A stretch of 64,000 nucleotides of DNA from Dehalococcoidia bacterium (lineage in GTDB: Bacteria; Chloroflexota; Dehalococcoidia; SM23-28-2; RBG-16-64-32). The notes beneath the pieces were generated by a model that did not search any database, was not told the DNA's origin, and saw only the letters and a program-made list of their open reading frames with translations. A program made the position numbers and the translations under genes. The stretch covers positions 800,001 through 864,000 of the forward strand of contig CAXXTF010000002.1 in the NCBI GenBank assembly GCA_963665775.2. Reading direction: 5' to 3'. Below, in pieces: positions 48,220 through 58,083 of this stretch. Each line of letters opens with the position of its first letter. Position 1 is the stretch's first letter.

Positions 48220-48705
48220 CTACCTCTCGATCATGCCCTTGAGGAGCTTGAGGGAGCGCACCATCTTTTGGCCGTAGAACAAGCCGGGTTCATTTTGGTT
48301 CATGACATCCATCGGGCCGGGCAGGCCGGTTACGAATACTGGTACCCAGCCCGCCCAGGCCGGGATGGCCAGCGGGCCCTTGATACTGAGGCGAAGGGTG
48401 GCGCGGGTGCCGCCAAAGTCGCGCTCGGCCACGTGTTCCAAGACGACGCGGACACCGGGTGGGAAGGACGAGCTCAAGGTGACGGAGCGGCCGGCGCTGA
48501 TCTCGGTAACCTTCCAGGCGGTGCCTATCGGGCTCCCTTTCACGGCGGTACTCACCCGTGAGCCGAGAGCGAGAGGGCCATCCGTATGGGGTTTCACGTT
48601 TCGCACGTGGGGGTTCCACTCCAGCCATCGGCTCAAGTCTAGATACGCCTCATAGACCCGATCAGGCGGAGCATCTATGAAGACAGAGCGTTCTGCGGGT
48701 CGCAT
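48220..48705 (-). CDS. SRPBCC/polyketide cyclase family protein
   Basis: SVFIDAPPDRVY...DLSRW.EWNP. Confidence 0.75.
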   Translation of the reverse strand: MRPAERSVFIDAPPDRVYEAYLDLSRWLEWNPHVRNVKPHTDGPLALGSRVSTAVKGSPIGTAWKVTEISAGRSVTLSSSFPPGVRVVLEHVAERDFGGTRATLRLSIKGPLAIPAWAGWVPVFVTGLPGPMDVMNQNEPGLFYGQKMVRSLKLLKGMIER

Positions 48706-49360
48706 GTAGAATTTTTCCTTCCTAGAGGCTAGCTAAGGCGGCGGCGAGTGCGGGCACCGCGCACTCATCGTGAAACCGACGGGCTTCCCGATTTTCCCGA
48801 TCCCGTGTGCGAGCGTCGCTGCCTTTCCGGTCCCCTTATCGATGCCGAAAGGGTATGGCAGCCATGGTTACCTGTCAACCTTTAACCTCCATGCGGTGTC
48901 ATCTGAAGCGTAGCGCCGGCGGGGAGCACGAGCCGCTGTGACCGCTACGGAACGGGGCGCCGGGCTGCGCATTGCTACCAGGGCAAACCGCAGCACCCTC
49001 TTCACCGTCCCGCCCAGAAGCTAGAGGCTCTCGCTTTTACAACGTGAAAATGAACTCTTACCTACCGTGTCAATAAATAATATCATAGGTCTCACCGCTT
49101 TTGGATGCGGCTTCAGCTACCTGACTAGGGTCGGACTGATTCGAATCCAGTGTGCCTGGCTCGACCGGCCCGAAGCGATAGGTTCGGATGTTATCAGCCT
49201 CATTGTCATCGATAGCGGGTAATCACGACACTGAGCTCGTATTCGGGTTAGCTGAGGAGACTCGATTGCCTTTCTCTCGTACCACCATATAGAATGGCCG
49301 ACGTGAAGCCGTATATCTATATGTTCCCACGGGTCATTCCATAGGGACTACGACGCAGCG

Positions 49361-50704
49361 ATGAAACTCCCGTTTATCCACAGAGAGCAGGCGCTCCCTG
49401 GAACAGCGGCGGGTACTGACAGGCGCGGCCGGGGCATCTTCTACGGCTGGTGGATCGTTGCCGCCGGGGCCGTGATCTGGGTCTTCAACGGCATGACCTA
49501 CTCCTACGGCCTCAGCGTGTTCTACACCAGCATCATTCACGACGTTGGCTGGACGAGGACCCAGCTGGCCGGCGCAATCTCCCTCTCCAGGCTCGAGAGC
49601 GGTCTGCTGGGCGGGCTCGGCGGCTTCCTCGTCGACAAGTTCGGGCCCAGACCGGTGATGCTCTTCGGCATTACTATGATGTCCCTGGGCTTCATCGCCC
49701 TGTCGATGGTCCACACCCTTCTCCAGTTCTATCTCGTCTTCATCCTCATGGTAGCCGTCGGCAGCAGCCTCAGCCACGCCGTCCCCATAGACACCACGGC
49801 GGCCAACTGGTTCGTGAGGAAACGGGGCAGGGTCTTCGGCATCCTGAGGGGGGCTATCGCCGTGGGCGCCCTTGGCGTGACCCTCCTCGCCCTGTTCATC
49901 GAAGCGTATGGCTGGCGAACGGCATTCGTGGGGGTAGGCATCGGGACCTTCGCGTTGGGAATTCCCGCCGCTCTGATAATGCGGCGCCGGCCCGAGCACT
50001 ACGGCCTGCTACCCGACGGCGACCCGCGCCCGGAACTGAGCGCCGTCGATACGGTCGCCACGGACGCGGAGGCCGAACCCTCCTCCGCTGCAGCGACGGT
50101 AGACGAGGCCGCTGAGGAAGCGATAGGGCTGACCGGCCGCCAGGCCCTGAGGACCAGGGCCTTCTGGACGATCTCATTCGGGTTCGCCCTCCGCCTGATG
50201 GTCACCGGAGCCGTCACCCTGCACGCCATCCCCATCGTGGAGGACCTGGGCTACTCCCGTGCCGTGGCCGCCAGCGTCCTCGGCACCATCGGCATCACCA
50301 GCCTCACCGGCCGGCTGGGTGGCGGCTGGATCTGCGACCTCCTCGGCACCAAACGTGTGGTGGTCTTCAGTGTTTTTACCCTGGCCATCTCGGCCCTGGT
50401 CCTCGCCTTCGCCCAGAACCTCTGGATGGTGATGCTGTTCGTGGCCATCTACGCGCCGTCCTACGGAGCCCAAGCCGCGGCGATGCCTACCATGCGAGCG
50501 GACCACTTCGGCCGCCGCTCATACGGCGTCATCTCCGGCCTCTCCGGCATGGTCCAGACCACCGGATCGATGATCGGCCCCTTCTTCGCGGCCTACGTCT
50601 ACGACACGACGGGCAGCTACCAGATAGCGTTCCTCATCTTCGCAGTGCTTCTACTCATCTCCGCCGCTCTGTTCCTAACCTTGGAGCGTCCCCGCTATCG
50701 CTGA
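49361..50704 (+). CDS. MFS transporter (OFA/MCT-like)
   Basis: FYGWWIV, G.LVDKFGPR, WFVRKRG, DHFGRR; 12 TM segments. Confidence 0.93.
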   Translation: MKLPFIHREQALPGTAAGTDRRGRGIFYGWWIVAAGAVIWVFNGMTYSYGLSVFYTSIIHDVGWTRTQLAGAISLSRLESGLLGGLGGFLVDKFGPRPVMLFGITMMSLGFIALSMVHTLLQFYLVFILMVAVGSSLSHAVPIDTTAANWFVRKRGRVFGILRGAIAVGALGVTLLALFIEAYGWRTAFVGVGIGTFALGIPAALIMRRRPEHYGLLPDGDPRPELSAVDTVATDAEAEPSSAAATVDEAAEEAIGLTGRQALRTRAFWTISFGFALRLMVTGAVTLHAIPIVEDLGYSRAVAASVLGTIGITSLTGRLGGGWICDLLGTKRVVVFSVFTLAISALVLAFAQNLWMVMLFVAIYAPSYGAQAAAMPTMRADHFGRRSYGVISGLSGMVQTTGSMIGPFFAAYVYDTTGSYQIAFLIFAVLLLISAALFLTLERPRYR

Positions 50705-50848
50705 GACCGGGCAGCGAGCCCTACCAGCGGTATTACACCCGGAGTCCACAGGGCAGCACCGTTGCCGCTAGCGCCCCCCACGGATTACGATGCAGGCTAG
50801 ATGCAGAGCCGACTGGACATCTTATCCGCCGTAGGAGAGTGATCACCA

Positions 50849-51544
50849 GTGGAACCTGATAGGGCGATGGTCATTGTGGCCCACCCCGACGACGTCGAAT
50901 TCCTGGCCGCCGGCACCGTGGCCCTGTGGACTAAGGGAGGGACGGCGGTCACATTCGTAATCGTCACGAACGGTGACAAGGGTTCGGACGATCCAGATAT
51001 GACCAGCGAGCGACTCGTCGTCGTTCGTCGAGGCGAGCAGGAGCGGGCGGCGGAAAGCCTCGAGGTCAAGAGGGTTCTATTCCTGGACTACGAGGATGGC
51101 ATGCTCGAACCGACCCTCGAACTCCGCCGTGACCTTGCCCGTGTCATACGCATGCACCAGCCACACACCGTCGTCACCTTCGACCCGACCTCCCGCTTCA
51201 TTAGCGAGAACTATCCCAACCACCCGGACCATCGCGCTACTGGGGACGCAACCATTGATGCGGTCTTCCCCAGCGCCCGCGACCGCCTGACGTTCCCGGA
51301 ACTGCTGGCCGACGGTCTGGAGCCCCACAAGGTCAAAGAGCTGTGGCTGGGACCCAGCATCTGCACAAACCACTGGACCGATATCGAGTCCGTCATCGGG
51401 CAGAAGATCGCGGCCCTCCGCCATCACGAGAGCCAGCTAGCCGAGCTGCCGTTGGAGGAGTTCATTCCCGAGATGGCACGCGCTCAGGCCGAGAAGAGCC
51501 CCTACACCCTCGCTGAGGGCTTCCGTCGCGTCGAATTGGGATAG
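50849..51544 (+). CDS. PIG-L/LmbE family deacetylase
   Basis: AHPDD, RRGEQ, HPDH, HESQ. Confidence 0.92.
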   Translation: MEPDRAMVIVAHPDDVEFLAAGTVALWTKGGTAVTFVIVTNGDKGSDDPDMTSERLVVVRRGEQERAAESLEVKRVLFLDYEDGMLEPTLELRRDLARVIRMHQPHTVVTFDPTSRFISENYPNHPDHRATGDATIDAVFPSARDRLTFPELLADGLEPHKVKELWLGPSICTNHWTDIESVIGQKIAALRHHESQLAELPLEEFIPEMARAQAEKSPYTLAEGFRRVELG

Positions 51545-51743
51545 CGCTCGGCCGGTGGTCCGGCGGCGGGTCACTTGCGCTCATGGAACGTCGATCCAGA
51601 AGCCTACGAGGCTGCCCTACGGGACTCTCTAGCGTTGGCGACTCGGCCGCGCTAGGGCAGGGAGGTCGTCATCCGGCACGGTGCCGCTACTTTAGACTCA
51701 CGGGGACGACGCATCAGGTAAGGATCGGCAGCTCTCACTGCTT

Positions 51744-51762
51744 CGGCTCGGTCCCCGAGCCG
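51744..51762 (-). promoter_or_regulatory. Candidate bacterial SECIS hairpin
   Basis: CGGCUCGG-GGA-CCGAGCCG begins 11 nt after the UGA at 51776-51774; no U-tract follows. Confidence 0.4.
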
Positions 51763-51773
51763 TCATCCAGCTC

Positions 51774-51917
51774 TCAACATCCCGGCTCGCCACGATGTCC
51801 GCAACAGCTCGACCGCATGCGGATCTTGGTCAGATTATTGGCGATCAGCCGGCCTATCTTGCGTCCCAGCGGCATAGCTGCTCTCAAGTTCGCGAACGCA
51901 GATTTAAGGTTTGGCAT
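51774..51917 (-). CDS. 47-aa basic small protein ending CCGHRGEPGC (possible selenoprotein)
   Basis: MPNLKSAFANLRAAMPLGRKIGRLIANNLTKIRMRSSCCGHRGEPGC*; GAGGAG/AAGGA RBS. Confidence 0.7.
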   Translation of the reverse strand: MPNLKSAFANLRAAMPLGRKIGRLIANNLTKIRMRSSCCGHRGEPGC

Positions 51918-51964
51918 TCCTTCGCTCCTCTGACTGCACGTGGGGGCCCTGCCCTTATGACCAG

Positions 51965-52290
51965 CTACTCTTCCAGCTCGATCTGCACAACCTGCCCCGC
52001 GGCCGAAGACTCCCGTACGGCATCCAGCACCTGCTGGCACCGAAAGCCATCGTGGAAGTTAGGACTGGCGGGCCGGCCACGCTGACCGCGTCCAAGCCAT
52101 CCATCTGGAGCATCTCTCGGTAGTCCGTGAACGCCTGTGGGATGCCAAACCGTTCCGCCGCCTCCCGGGCGCGCTCGGACCGGCGAGCGCATACCGCAAC
52201 GACCTCCAGCCCTTCAGACTGGAAGGCCGGGATGTGGACCCGTGCCCCAAAGCCAACGCCGATAACGCCAACTCGGGCTCCATCCGGCAT
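51965..52290 (-). pseudogene. Gfo/Idh/MocA oxidoreductase with a large internal deletion
   Basis: N-terminal GVIGVGFG...DAVSVAGPP joined out of frame to C-terminal PNFHDGFRCQQVLDAVRES. Confidence 0.85.
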
Positions 52291-52398
52291 TCGCCACCTC
52301 CATGACGCCTAGTAATGCCACCGCCGCAGCTTCGTGATAAGAACGCCGGGCCGGCGCCATCGGTGCCGCCAGAGGGGCGAGGCACATAGATCCGAATA

Positions 52399-52686
52399 TC
52401 ACAGCTCCAGGAACGGAAGAAAGGCCGGCTCTCCCTTCTTCGTTTCGGTGATGGTGACACGAGCTCTCTCGATGGCGGCATCCATCCGTTCCTTCTCGTC
52501 GCCAGCCTCCACTACGTTCTCTAACACCGCAAGAAGCTTTGGCGCAGATTCGTGGAGCACGCAATAGGATATGCCATGGACTTGTCCCTCTTCCGCCTCC
52601 CGGATAACGAAGCACCCACACGGCAGCTCAGCCTCTATGAGCCAGCTATGGTCCCTGTCCGTGAAGACCTCTCCTTCGTGACTCAT
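52399..52686 (-). CDS. Hypothetical 95-aa protein with a CGC...C..H motif
   Basis: AGGAGG RBS; LPCGC...ISYCVLHESAPKLL. Confidence 0.65.
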   Translation of the reverse strand: MSHEGEVFTDRDHSWLIEAELPCGCFVIREAEEGQVHGISYCVLHESAPKLLAVLENVVEAGDEKERMDAAIERARVTITETKKGEPAFLPFLEL

Positions 52687-52956
52687 TTCCATTCCTCCTT
52701 CCCGATCTCTTTCGATTGGCGCCGCAATTCTGGTCTCGCTGGAGAAATCCGGCAAACGCTCCCGCGGCCTCGTCAGCCGCCGGTAGACCGCTGGCACCAG
52801 TTGGCCGTTACAGATCCTCCCTCTCGGGTGGCGGATCGGCACTCCACGGCTACCATCCACACCCTATCGGGAGGTAATCCGGGGCTCAGGCGTGATGACG
52901 ATCAATATGGAGCAGGTCATCCTTGCGTCGCGGAGAGCGACGACGGCGGTCCGCCG

Positions 52957-53223
52957 CTACCCGCCGCCCATAGCAGGAATGAAGTGAATCTCGGAGTCCT
53001 CCTGGATCGGCTGCAACAAGCCCAGATGGGCCGTCTCTCCATCGATGGCCACAGCGATACCAGGTTGAATTTGTCCCGCCTCGTCTATCAGCTTTTCCTT
53101 CATGCCGGGGCAAATTTGGTCAAGTTGATTGATTACCTGGCGCAGCGTCAGGCCAGGCACCGTGATCTTCTCCGCGCCCCCGGCTAAGCCCTGGAGCTGG
53201 GGAGGGACCCAAACAACTGCCAT
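52957..53223 (-). CDS. MoaD/ThiS sulfur-carrier protein
   Basis: Ubiquitin-like size; C-terminal PAMGGG. Confidence 0.88.
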   Translation of the reverse strand: MAVVWVPPQLQGLAGGAEKITVPGLTLRQVINQLDQICPGMKEKLIDEAGQIQPGIAVAIDGETAHLGLLQPIQEDSEIHFIPAMGGG

Positions 53224-53260
53224 AGCGATCCGGCCGCGTCACCGAGAAGGCTGGTGAGGT

Positions 53261-53746
53261 TCATGAGGCCTTGCTCCTGATCATTTCGCCCGCCTGAAGG
53301 ACGGCCCTTACTATCTTGTCGTAACCCGTGCAGCGGCATAGGTTTCCGGCCAGCCATTCGCGGATCCGTTGCTCGTCCGCGTCAGGCTCCCTATCCAGGA
53401 GCACCTTTGCCGCGATGATGAACCCGGGGGTGCATATTCCGCACTGGAGGGCAGCCTGTTCCAGGAAGGCCTGCTGCACCGGGTGCAGCTCCTCCGGCGA
53501 TGCCACGCCTTCGATCGTGGTGACGCTTTTCCCCTCCAGTTCGGCAGCCAGAACGAGGCAGGAGTCGACCAGTCTTCCGTCCAGGATAACGCTGCAGGCG
53601 CCGCAATTGCCGTCGTTGCAGCCCTCCTTGGTGCCGGTCAGCCCCAGCACATCGCGCAAGACGTCCAGCAGGCTCTGGCGACTGTCGCACAGGAACTCTG
53701 CTTCGTTGCCATTAATACTGGTTCGGATATGTACCGTTTGAGTCAT
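53261..53746 (-). CDS. Mo-hydroxylase small (2x[2Fe-2S]) subunit, CoxS/XdhC-like
   Basis: GCNDGNCGAC, QCGICTPG, GNLCRCTGY. Confidence 0.95.
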   Translation of the reverse strand: MTQTVHIRTSINGNEAEFLCDSRQSLLDVLRDVLGLTGTKEGCNDGNCGACSVILDGRLVDSCLVLAAELEGKSVTTIEGVASPEELHPVQQAFLEQAALQCGICTPGFIIAAKVLLDREPDADEQRIREWLAGNLCRCTGYDKIVRAVLQAGEMIRSKAS

Positions 53747-54639
53747 CGTTCCCGCACCTCGTTCGCTCTCCGGATGGCGGTCCTAAGCGCCCTTTTCGTA
53801 AGGACGCCCACCAGATGGACCCGTTGGTGGGCGGTGCCCCGCATGTCGCTTATGGGACGAGCGGCGCCCTTGGCCGCCTCCGCCGCCTCCTCGATGGCGC
53901 CCTCGTTGGCCTCCTTGCCGACCAGCAACGCGCTCGCCTCGGTAGCGAAAATCGGGGTCGGGCCGACGGCCGCCAGGGCGATCCTAGCCGACCGAATATG
54001 GCCGTCGTCCAGGACCACGGAAGCCCCGACCCCCACCACCGCGATGTCCATCTCGTTCCGCGGAATGAATCGAAGATAATGGGCGCCGGAGTTCGGCCGG
54101 GGCGACGGGAACTTCACGGCGACCAGCAATTCGCCCTCCTCAAGCAACGTCCTCCCGGGGCCGGTGCAGAATTCTTCCACGGGCACACTCCGGCGACCCT
54201 TAGTCCCAGCGACCAGGCATGTCCCTTCCAGAGCGATGAGCGCGGGGATGGCGTCAGCGCTGGGAGATCCGTTACAGAGGTTTCCGCCCACGCTGGCCCG
54301 GTCCTGAATCTGCACGCTGCCGATCAGCGAAGCCGAATCGACGAGCGCCGGATATAGCCTGGCGATCGTTTCGTCCTCATAGATACGGTAGCAGGGCACG
54401 GCGGCACCCAGCGTGAGCCCGTCTCCTTCTGAATAAGACAGCTCGTTGAGTTCAGGAACGTTCTTCACATCCACCAAGCGTTCAACTTGATGGCGGCCGG
54501 CACGCATCTGGACAAGGATATCCGTCCCACCGGCCAAAATACGGGCCTTGGCGCCCTTCTCCGCCATCATGCTGACAGCTTCGTCCAAGCTCTTTGGCGC
54601 TACGTACTCTAATGGCTGCAGAAAACCCCTCCTTCTCAC
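53743..54639 (-). CDS. Mo-hydroxylase FAD subunit, CoxM/XdhB-like
   Basis: AGGTD, ASVGGNLCNGSPSAD, PISDMRGT. Confidence 0.94.
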   Translation of the reverse strand: MRRRGFLQPLEYVAPKSLDEAVSMMAEKGAKARILAGGTDILVQMRAGRHQVERLVDVKNVPELNELSYSEGDGLTLGAAVPCYRIYEDETIARLYPALVDSASLIGSVQIQDRASVGGNLCNGSPSADAIPALIALEGTCLVAGTKGRRSVPVEEFCTGPGRTLLEEGELLVAVKFPSPRPNSGAHYLRFIPRNEMDIAVVGVGASVVLDDGHIRSARIALAAVGPTPIFATEASALLVGKEANEGAIEEAAEAAKGAARPISDMRGTAHQRVHLVGVLTKRALRTAIRRANEVRER

Positions 54640-54710
54640 CTCGCACGGCTGACCGGCTCCCTTCCGGGCCAGCGGTCAGACGCCGCTACGATCCAGCGTG
54701 ATAGTGCCTA

Positions 54711-57062
54711 TCATCCATGCCCGGCCCCTGACCCTGCCGACCGCGAACCAGCCCCGACCAGCCCGCTCTCCGCCTCCAGAGCTTCTAGGATCGCGCCGGG
54801 CGACATGGGTAGCTTGGCCATACGCTTCCCGGTAGCATGATAGATGGCATTCGCTATCGCAGCCATAGGCACTACGATAGGTATCTCCCCTACACCCCGG
54901 ACGCCAAGCGGGTGGCGCGGGTGCGGTACCTCTATCAGCACGGTATCGATCATTGGTACGTCCAGGCTGGTCGGCATCCGGTAATCGAGGAAGCTGGAGT
55001 TCAGCATCGTACCGTCATCGGAGTAGAAATACTCCTCGTTCAGCGCCCAGCCGATGCCCTGTACGCAGCCGCCCTGCAGCTGACCTTCCACATAGCTGGG
55101 ATGCACGGCCCGACCGGCGTCCATGAAGGCCGTGTAGCGAAGGATCTGCACCTTGCCGGTCTCAAGGTCTACTTCCAGGTCCACGATGTTGCCGCCGAAG
55201 GTAGGCCCGACACCGATGTTCTTGTTTGTCGCTGAGCAGGAGATCGGGCCGCCGGTGCTCATTAGCTTGCCCGCCAGCGCCTTGAAATCGATCTTCATCT
55301 CCGGGTTATTAGTGCAGATAAAGACGCCGTCCTCGAACTCGACCTCGTCTTCTGGCACTTCCCATAAGAGAGCGGCGCGGGCGATCATCCGCCGCTTGAC
55401 CTCTTCCGCGGCATCCATCGCCGCCAGTGTCGTGTCGAAGGCGACCCGACTGCCACCGGTGGCGCCGGACCAGCCTACCGCGTCGGTGTCTACCACCTGA
55501 GGTGTGACTTCTTCCGCAGTCAGCCCCAACACCTCAGCGGCCGCCATCGCCGTCGCGACTCGCGTACCACCAATGTCCACCGCCCCGCTCACCAGGCTCA
55601 TCGTGCCGTCGCTGTTTACATTCAGCGTAACGGAGGACGATCCTCCCGCGTTCCAGCGAAAACCTACAGCCACGCCCCGGCCGCGGCCAGGGCCATCGAG
55701 CGGCGCGCTGTAGTGGGGATGCGCTTTCATCGCCTCCGCCAGCTCCTTGTAGCCGATGCGGGGGAACGGCACCCCGCTGGCCATCCGGTCCCCCTCCTCG
55801 ACGGCGTTCTTCAAGCGGAACTCCACAGGGTCCATGCCTAGCTTCTCCGCCAGCTCGTCAATCACAGGCTCGACGGCAAAACAGGCCTGGGGATAGCCGG
55901 GCGCCCGGTAGGCCTGCACCCGCTGCTTGTTGGAAACGACATCGTACCCGTCCACCAGCAGGTTATCCATCTTGTATGGGCCCAGGCCGCCAGTGGCGCC
56001 ACCGCCCGCGGCCACGCCGGGAAACGCCCCCGCCTCGTACGCCAGGTAGAGCTGCGCCGCCGTAATGACGCCGTCTCGCGAGGCTCCAATCTTGCATCTC
56101 ATATGGCTGCCGGGGGCCGGGCCTGTACCCTCGAATATCTCGGTGCGGGTCATGATAATTCTGACGGGACGGCCGCTCTTTCGCGAAAGGATGGCCACGA
56201 CGGGGTCCAGGTAACTGACAAGCTTTCCACCGAAGCCGCCGCCGATCTCTTGCGGGATCACTCGAACCACCGATTCCGGTATGCCGAGTATGGCCGCGGT
56301 GGATTCACGGACGCCGAACTGGTTCTGAGTGCTAGTCCAGATGGTCAAGCGGCCATCGAGCGCCCAGTGCGCGGTTGAGGCATGGGGCTCGATATAGCCC
56401 TGGTGAACGGTCTCGGTCGTAAACTCACGCTCGACGATGATGTCGGCCTGTTTGAACCCCACCTCAACATCGCCGCGCTTGAACTGGAGGTGGCCGGCGA
56501 TATTACTCGTTTTTCCGGTGTCGCTCCCTCGCTCGAACCGCTGAACGCGGAACATTGTGGTCAGGTTCTCATGAAGTATGGGCGCGTCCTCTCGCATCGC
56601 CGCCCGGACATCGAAGACAGCCGGCAGCACTTCGTACTCCACCTCGATGAGGTTGAGCGCCTCCTCAGCGATGTGCGTAGTAGTGGCCGCCACTGCCGCC
56701 ACGGCCTGACCTTTGTACAGCACCTTTTCGCTCGCGAGGATGTTCTCCGCTAGCACTCTGGCGCTGCCCATGGTCTCCGAAAAGTCCATGAGCTTCTCCT
56801 CCACGATGGGAAAGTCCCGAGACGTGGCTATAGCCGTCACGCCGGCCAGCGCCTCTGCTTTACCCGTATTAATGGACTTTATGCGGGCGTGGGCGTGAGG
56901 ACTGCGGAGGATCTTTCCGTGCAGTAAACCAGCCATCTGAACATCGGGGGCAAACTTGGCTCGCCCTGTGACCTTGTCCAGGCCATCATGTCTGATCGGT
57001 CTGGTCCCAATAACCTTGAACCCGTTGGCACGTTGGCCGTTCGCGTCTCCCTTTTTGGCCAC
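54711..57062 (-). CDS. Xanthine dehydrogenase-family molybdopterin subunit
   Basis: GGGFGGK, AYRAPG active-site loop, EGQLQGG..QG.G, GVGE. Confidence 0.94.
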   Translation of the reverse strand: MAKKGDANGQRANGFKVIGTRPIRHDGLDKVTGRAKFAPDVQMAGLLHGKILRSPHAHARIKSINTGKAEALAGVTAIATSRDFPIVEEKLMDFSETMGSARVLAENILASEKVLYKGQAVAAVAATTTHIAEEALNLIEVEYEVLPAVFDVRAAMREDAPILHENLTTMFRVQRFERGSDTGKTSNIAGHLQFKRGDVEVGFKQADIIVEREFTTETVHQGYIEPHASTAHWALDGRLTIWTSTQNQFGVRESTAAILGIPESVVRVIPQEIGGGFGGKLVSYLDPVVAILSRKSGRPVRIIMTRTEIFEGTGPAPGSHMRCKIGASRDGVITAAQLYLAYEAGAFPGVAAGGGATGGLGPYKMDNLLVDGYDVVSNKQRVQAYRAPGYPQACFAVEPVIDELAEKLGMDPVEFRLKNAVEEGDRMASGVPFPRIGYKELAEAMKAHPHYSAPLDGPGRGRGVAVGFRWNAGGSSSVTLNVNSDGTMSLVSGAVDIGGTRVATAMAAAEVLGLTAEEVTPQVVDTDAVGWSGATGGSRVAFDTTLAAMDAAEEVKRRMIARAALLWEVPEDEVEFEDGVFICTNNPEMKIDFKALAGKLMSTGGPISCSATNKNIGVGPTFGGNIVDLEVDLETGKVQILRYTAFMDAGRAVHPSYVEGQLQGGCVQGIGWALNEEYFYSDDGTMLNSSFLDYRMPTSLDVPMIDTVLIEVPHPRHPLGVRGVGEIPIVVPMAAIANAIYHATGKRMAKLPMSPGAILEALEAESGLVGAGSRSAGSGAGHG

Positions 57063-57090
57063 AGTTCTACCTCCTCAGGCAAGCTTTAAA

Positions 57091-57122
57091 CGTCCGAGCG
57101 TCCGAGCGCCCGAGCGCCCGAG
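57091..57122. repeat. 4 x 8-bp tandem repeat cg(t/c)ccgag upstream of the Mo-hydroxylase operon
   Basis: cgtccgag cgtccgag cgcccgag cgcccgag. Confidence 0.7.
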
Positions 57123-57496
57123 ATTCACAGCGGATAGAGCAATGGCCACCGGCCGTCAACCTTGCGGTTCGACTCACCCCACTGCAACGCGCTGCGTTCA
57201 TGTTAAGGGGAACTTATGACACATGCAACAGTCTAAACCACCCCTCAGCTATCCGGGTCCGCCCCGGCACCCACCTATTTTGTGTATATTGCCAACCCAC
57301 ACGCTGCTCGGCGGGAGATCGACCCGCATACGGCGGCGAGGCGGCTCATCGGCGGCCCAGACCTGTCGCTACCCGTCCCAGGGGGCGCAACGCTGCTTGA
57401 CAGGGCAGAGAGCGCGAAGTACATTTCATTTCGATCTTGGGTGTGCCCGATTAGGGCCTCCCTCCGTTGGCATAAGGTCAAGCTAAGGAGAATAGC

Positions 57497-57964
57497 ATGG
57501 CGCTTTCCTTGAGAAGCAATAGCTTCGGCAGCGGAGAAGCGATTCCCCCTCAGTATACCGGGGATGGTGAGAACGTTTCCCCCCAACTCTCCTGGAGCGA
57601 GGTCCCTGAGAACACAGCAGCCTTCACCCTCATCATGGACGACCCGGATGCGCCTGCTCCCTGGGAGTTCTTTACCCACTGGGTACTAATCAACCTCCCG
57701 GCGGACGTTCGGGAGCTGCCACAAGGGCTGCCCAAGAGCGAGACGCTGGAAGACGGCTCCGTTCAGGGCGCGACGGGCACCGGCCAAATCGGATACTTTG
57801 GGCCCTCTCCTCCGCCGGGGACGCCCCACCGGTACCGCTTCATCGTATATGCGCTCGACGCTGCCCTGGCCTTGGGTCCCGGCGTAACTAAGGAAGCGGC
57901 CGTGGAGGCGATGGCGGGCCACATCCTCGCAGAAGCGGAGCTTGTGGGCACCTACGGCCGGTAA
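57497..57964 (+). CDS. YbhB/YbcL (PEBP/Raf kinase inhibitor-like) protein
   Basis: DDPDAP, FTHW, Y.GP.PP.G..HRY.F..YALD. Confidence 0.93.
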   Translation: MALSLRSNSFGSGEAIPPQYTGDGENVSPQLSWSEVPENTAAFTLIMDDPDAPAPWEFFTHWVLINLPADVRELPQGLPKSETLEDGSVQGATGTGQIGYFGPSPPPGTPHRYRFIVYALDAALALGPGVTKEAAVEAMAGHILAEAELVGTYGR

Positions 57965-58083
57965 ACGTTGTTCCGCACTCACCACTTACCGACATCCCAT
58001 CCGTCCCGCCGGCGCTCAGCACAGCTCAACGTGTCAACCCGAGAAGGGCAAGACCCGATTCTAGAAACGACTGGGGTGAACTT

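Noticed and set aside
48975-49030. c-di-GMP-I riboswitch (GGGCAAACC)
   Set aside because: The following GNRA loop and GACGCAAAGC segment are absent
52740-52830. glmS or hammerhead ribozyme-like words (GTGCCAGC...GCTGACGAGG) on the minus strand
   Set aside because: Lacks the AGCGCC/TTATCGAA core of glmS and the stem II-GAAA geometry of a hammerhead; an Infernal scan would settle it
54711-57062. Aerobic CO dehydrogenase CoxL
   Set aside because: The active-site loop is AYRAPG, not AYxCSFR or AYxGAGR
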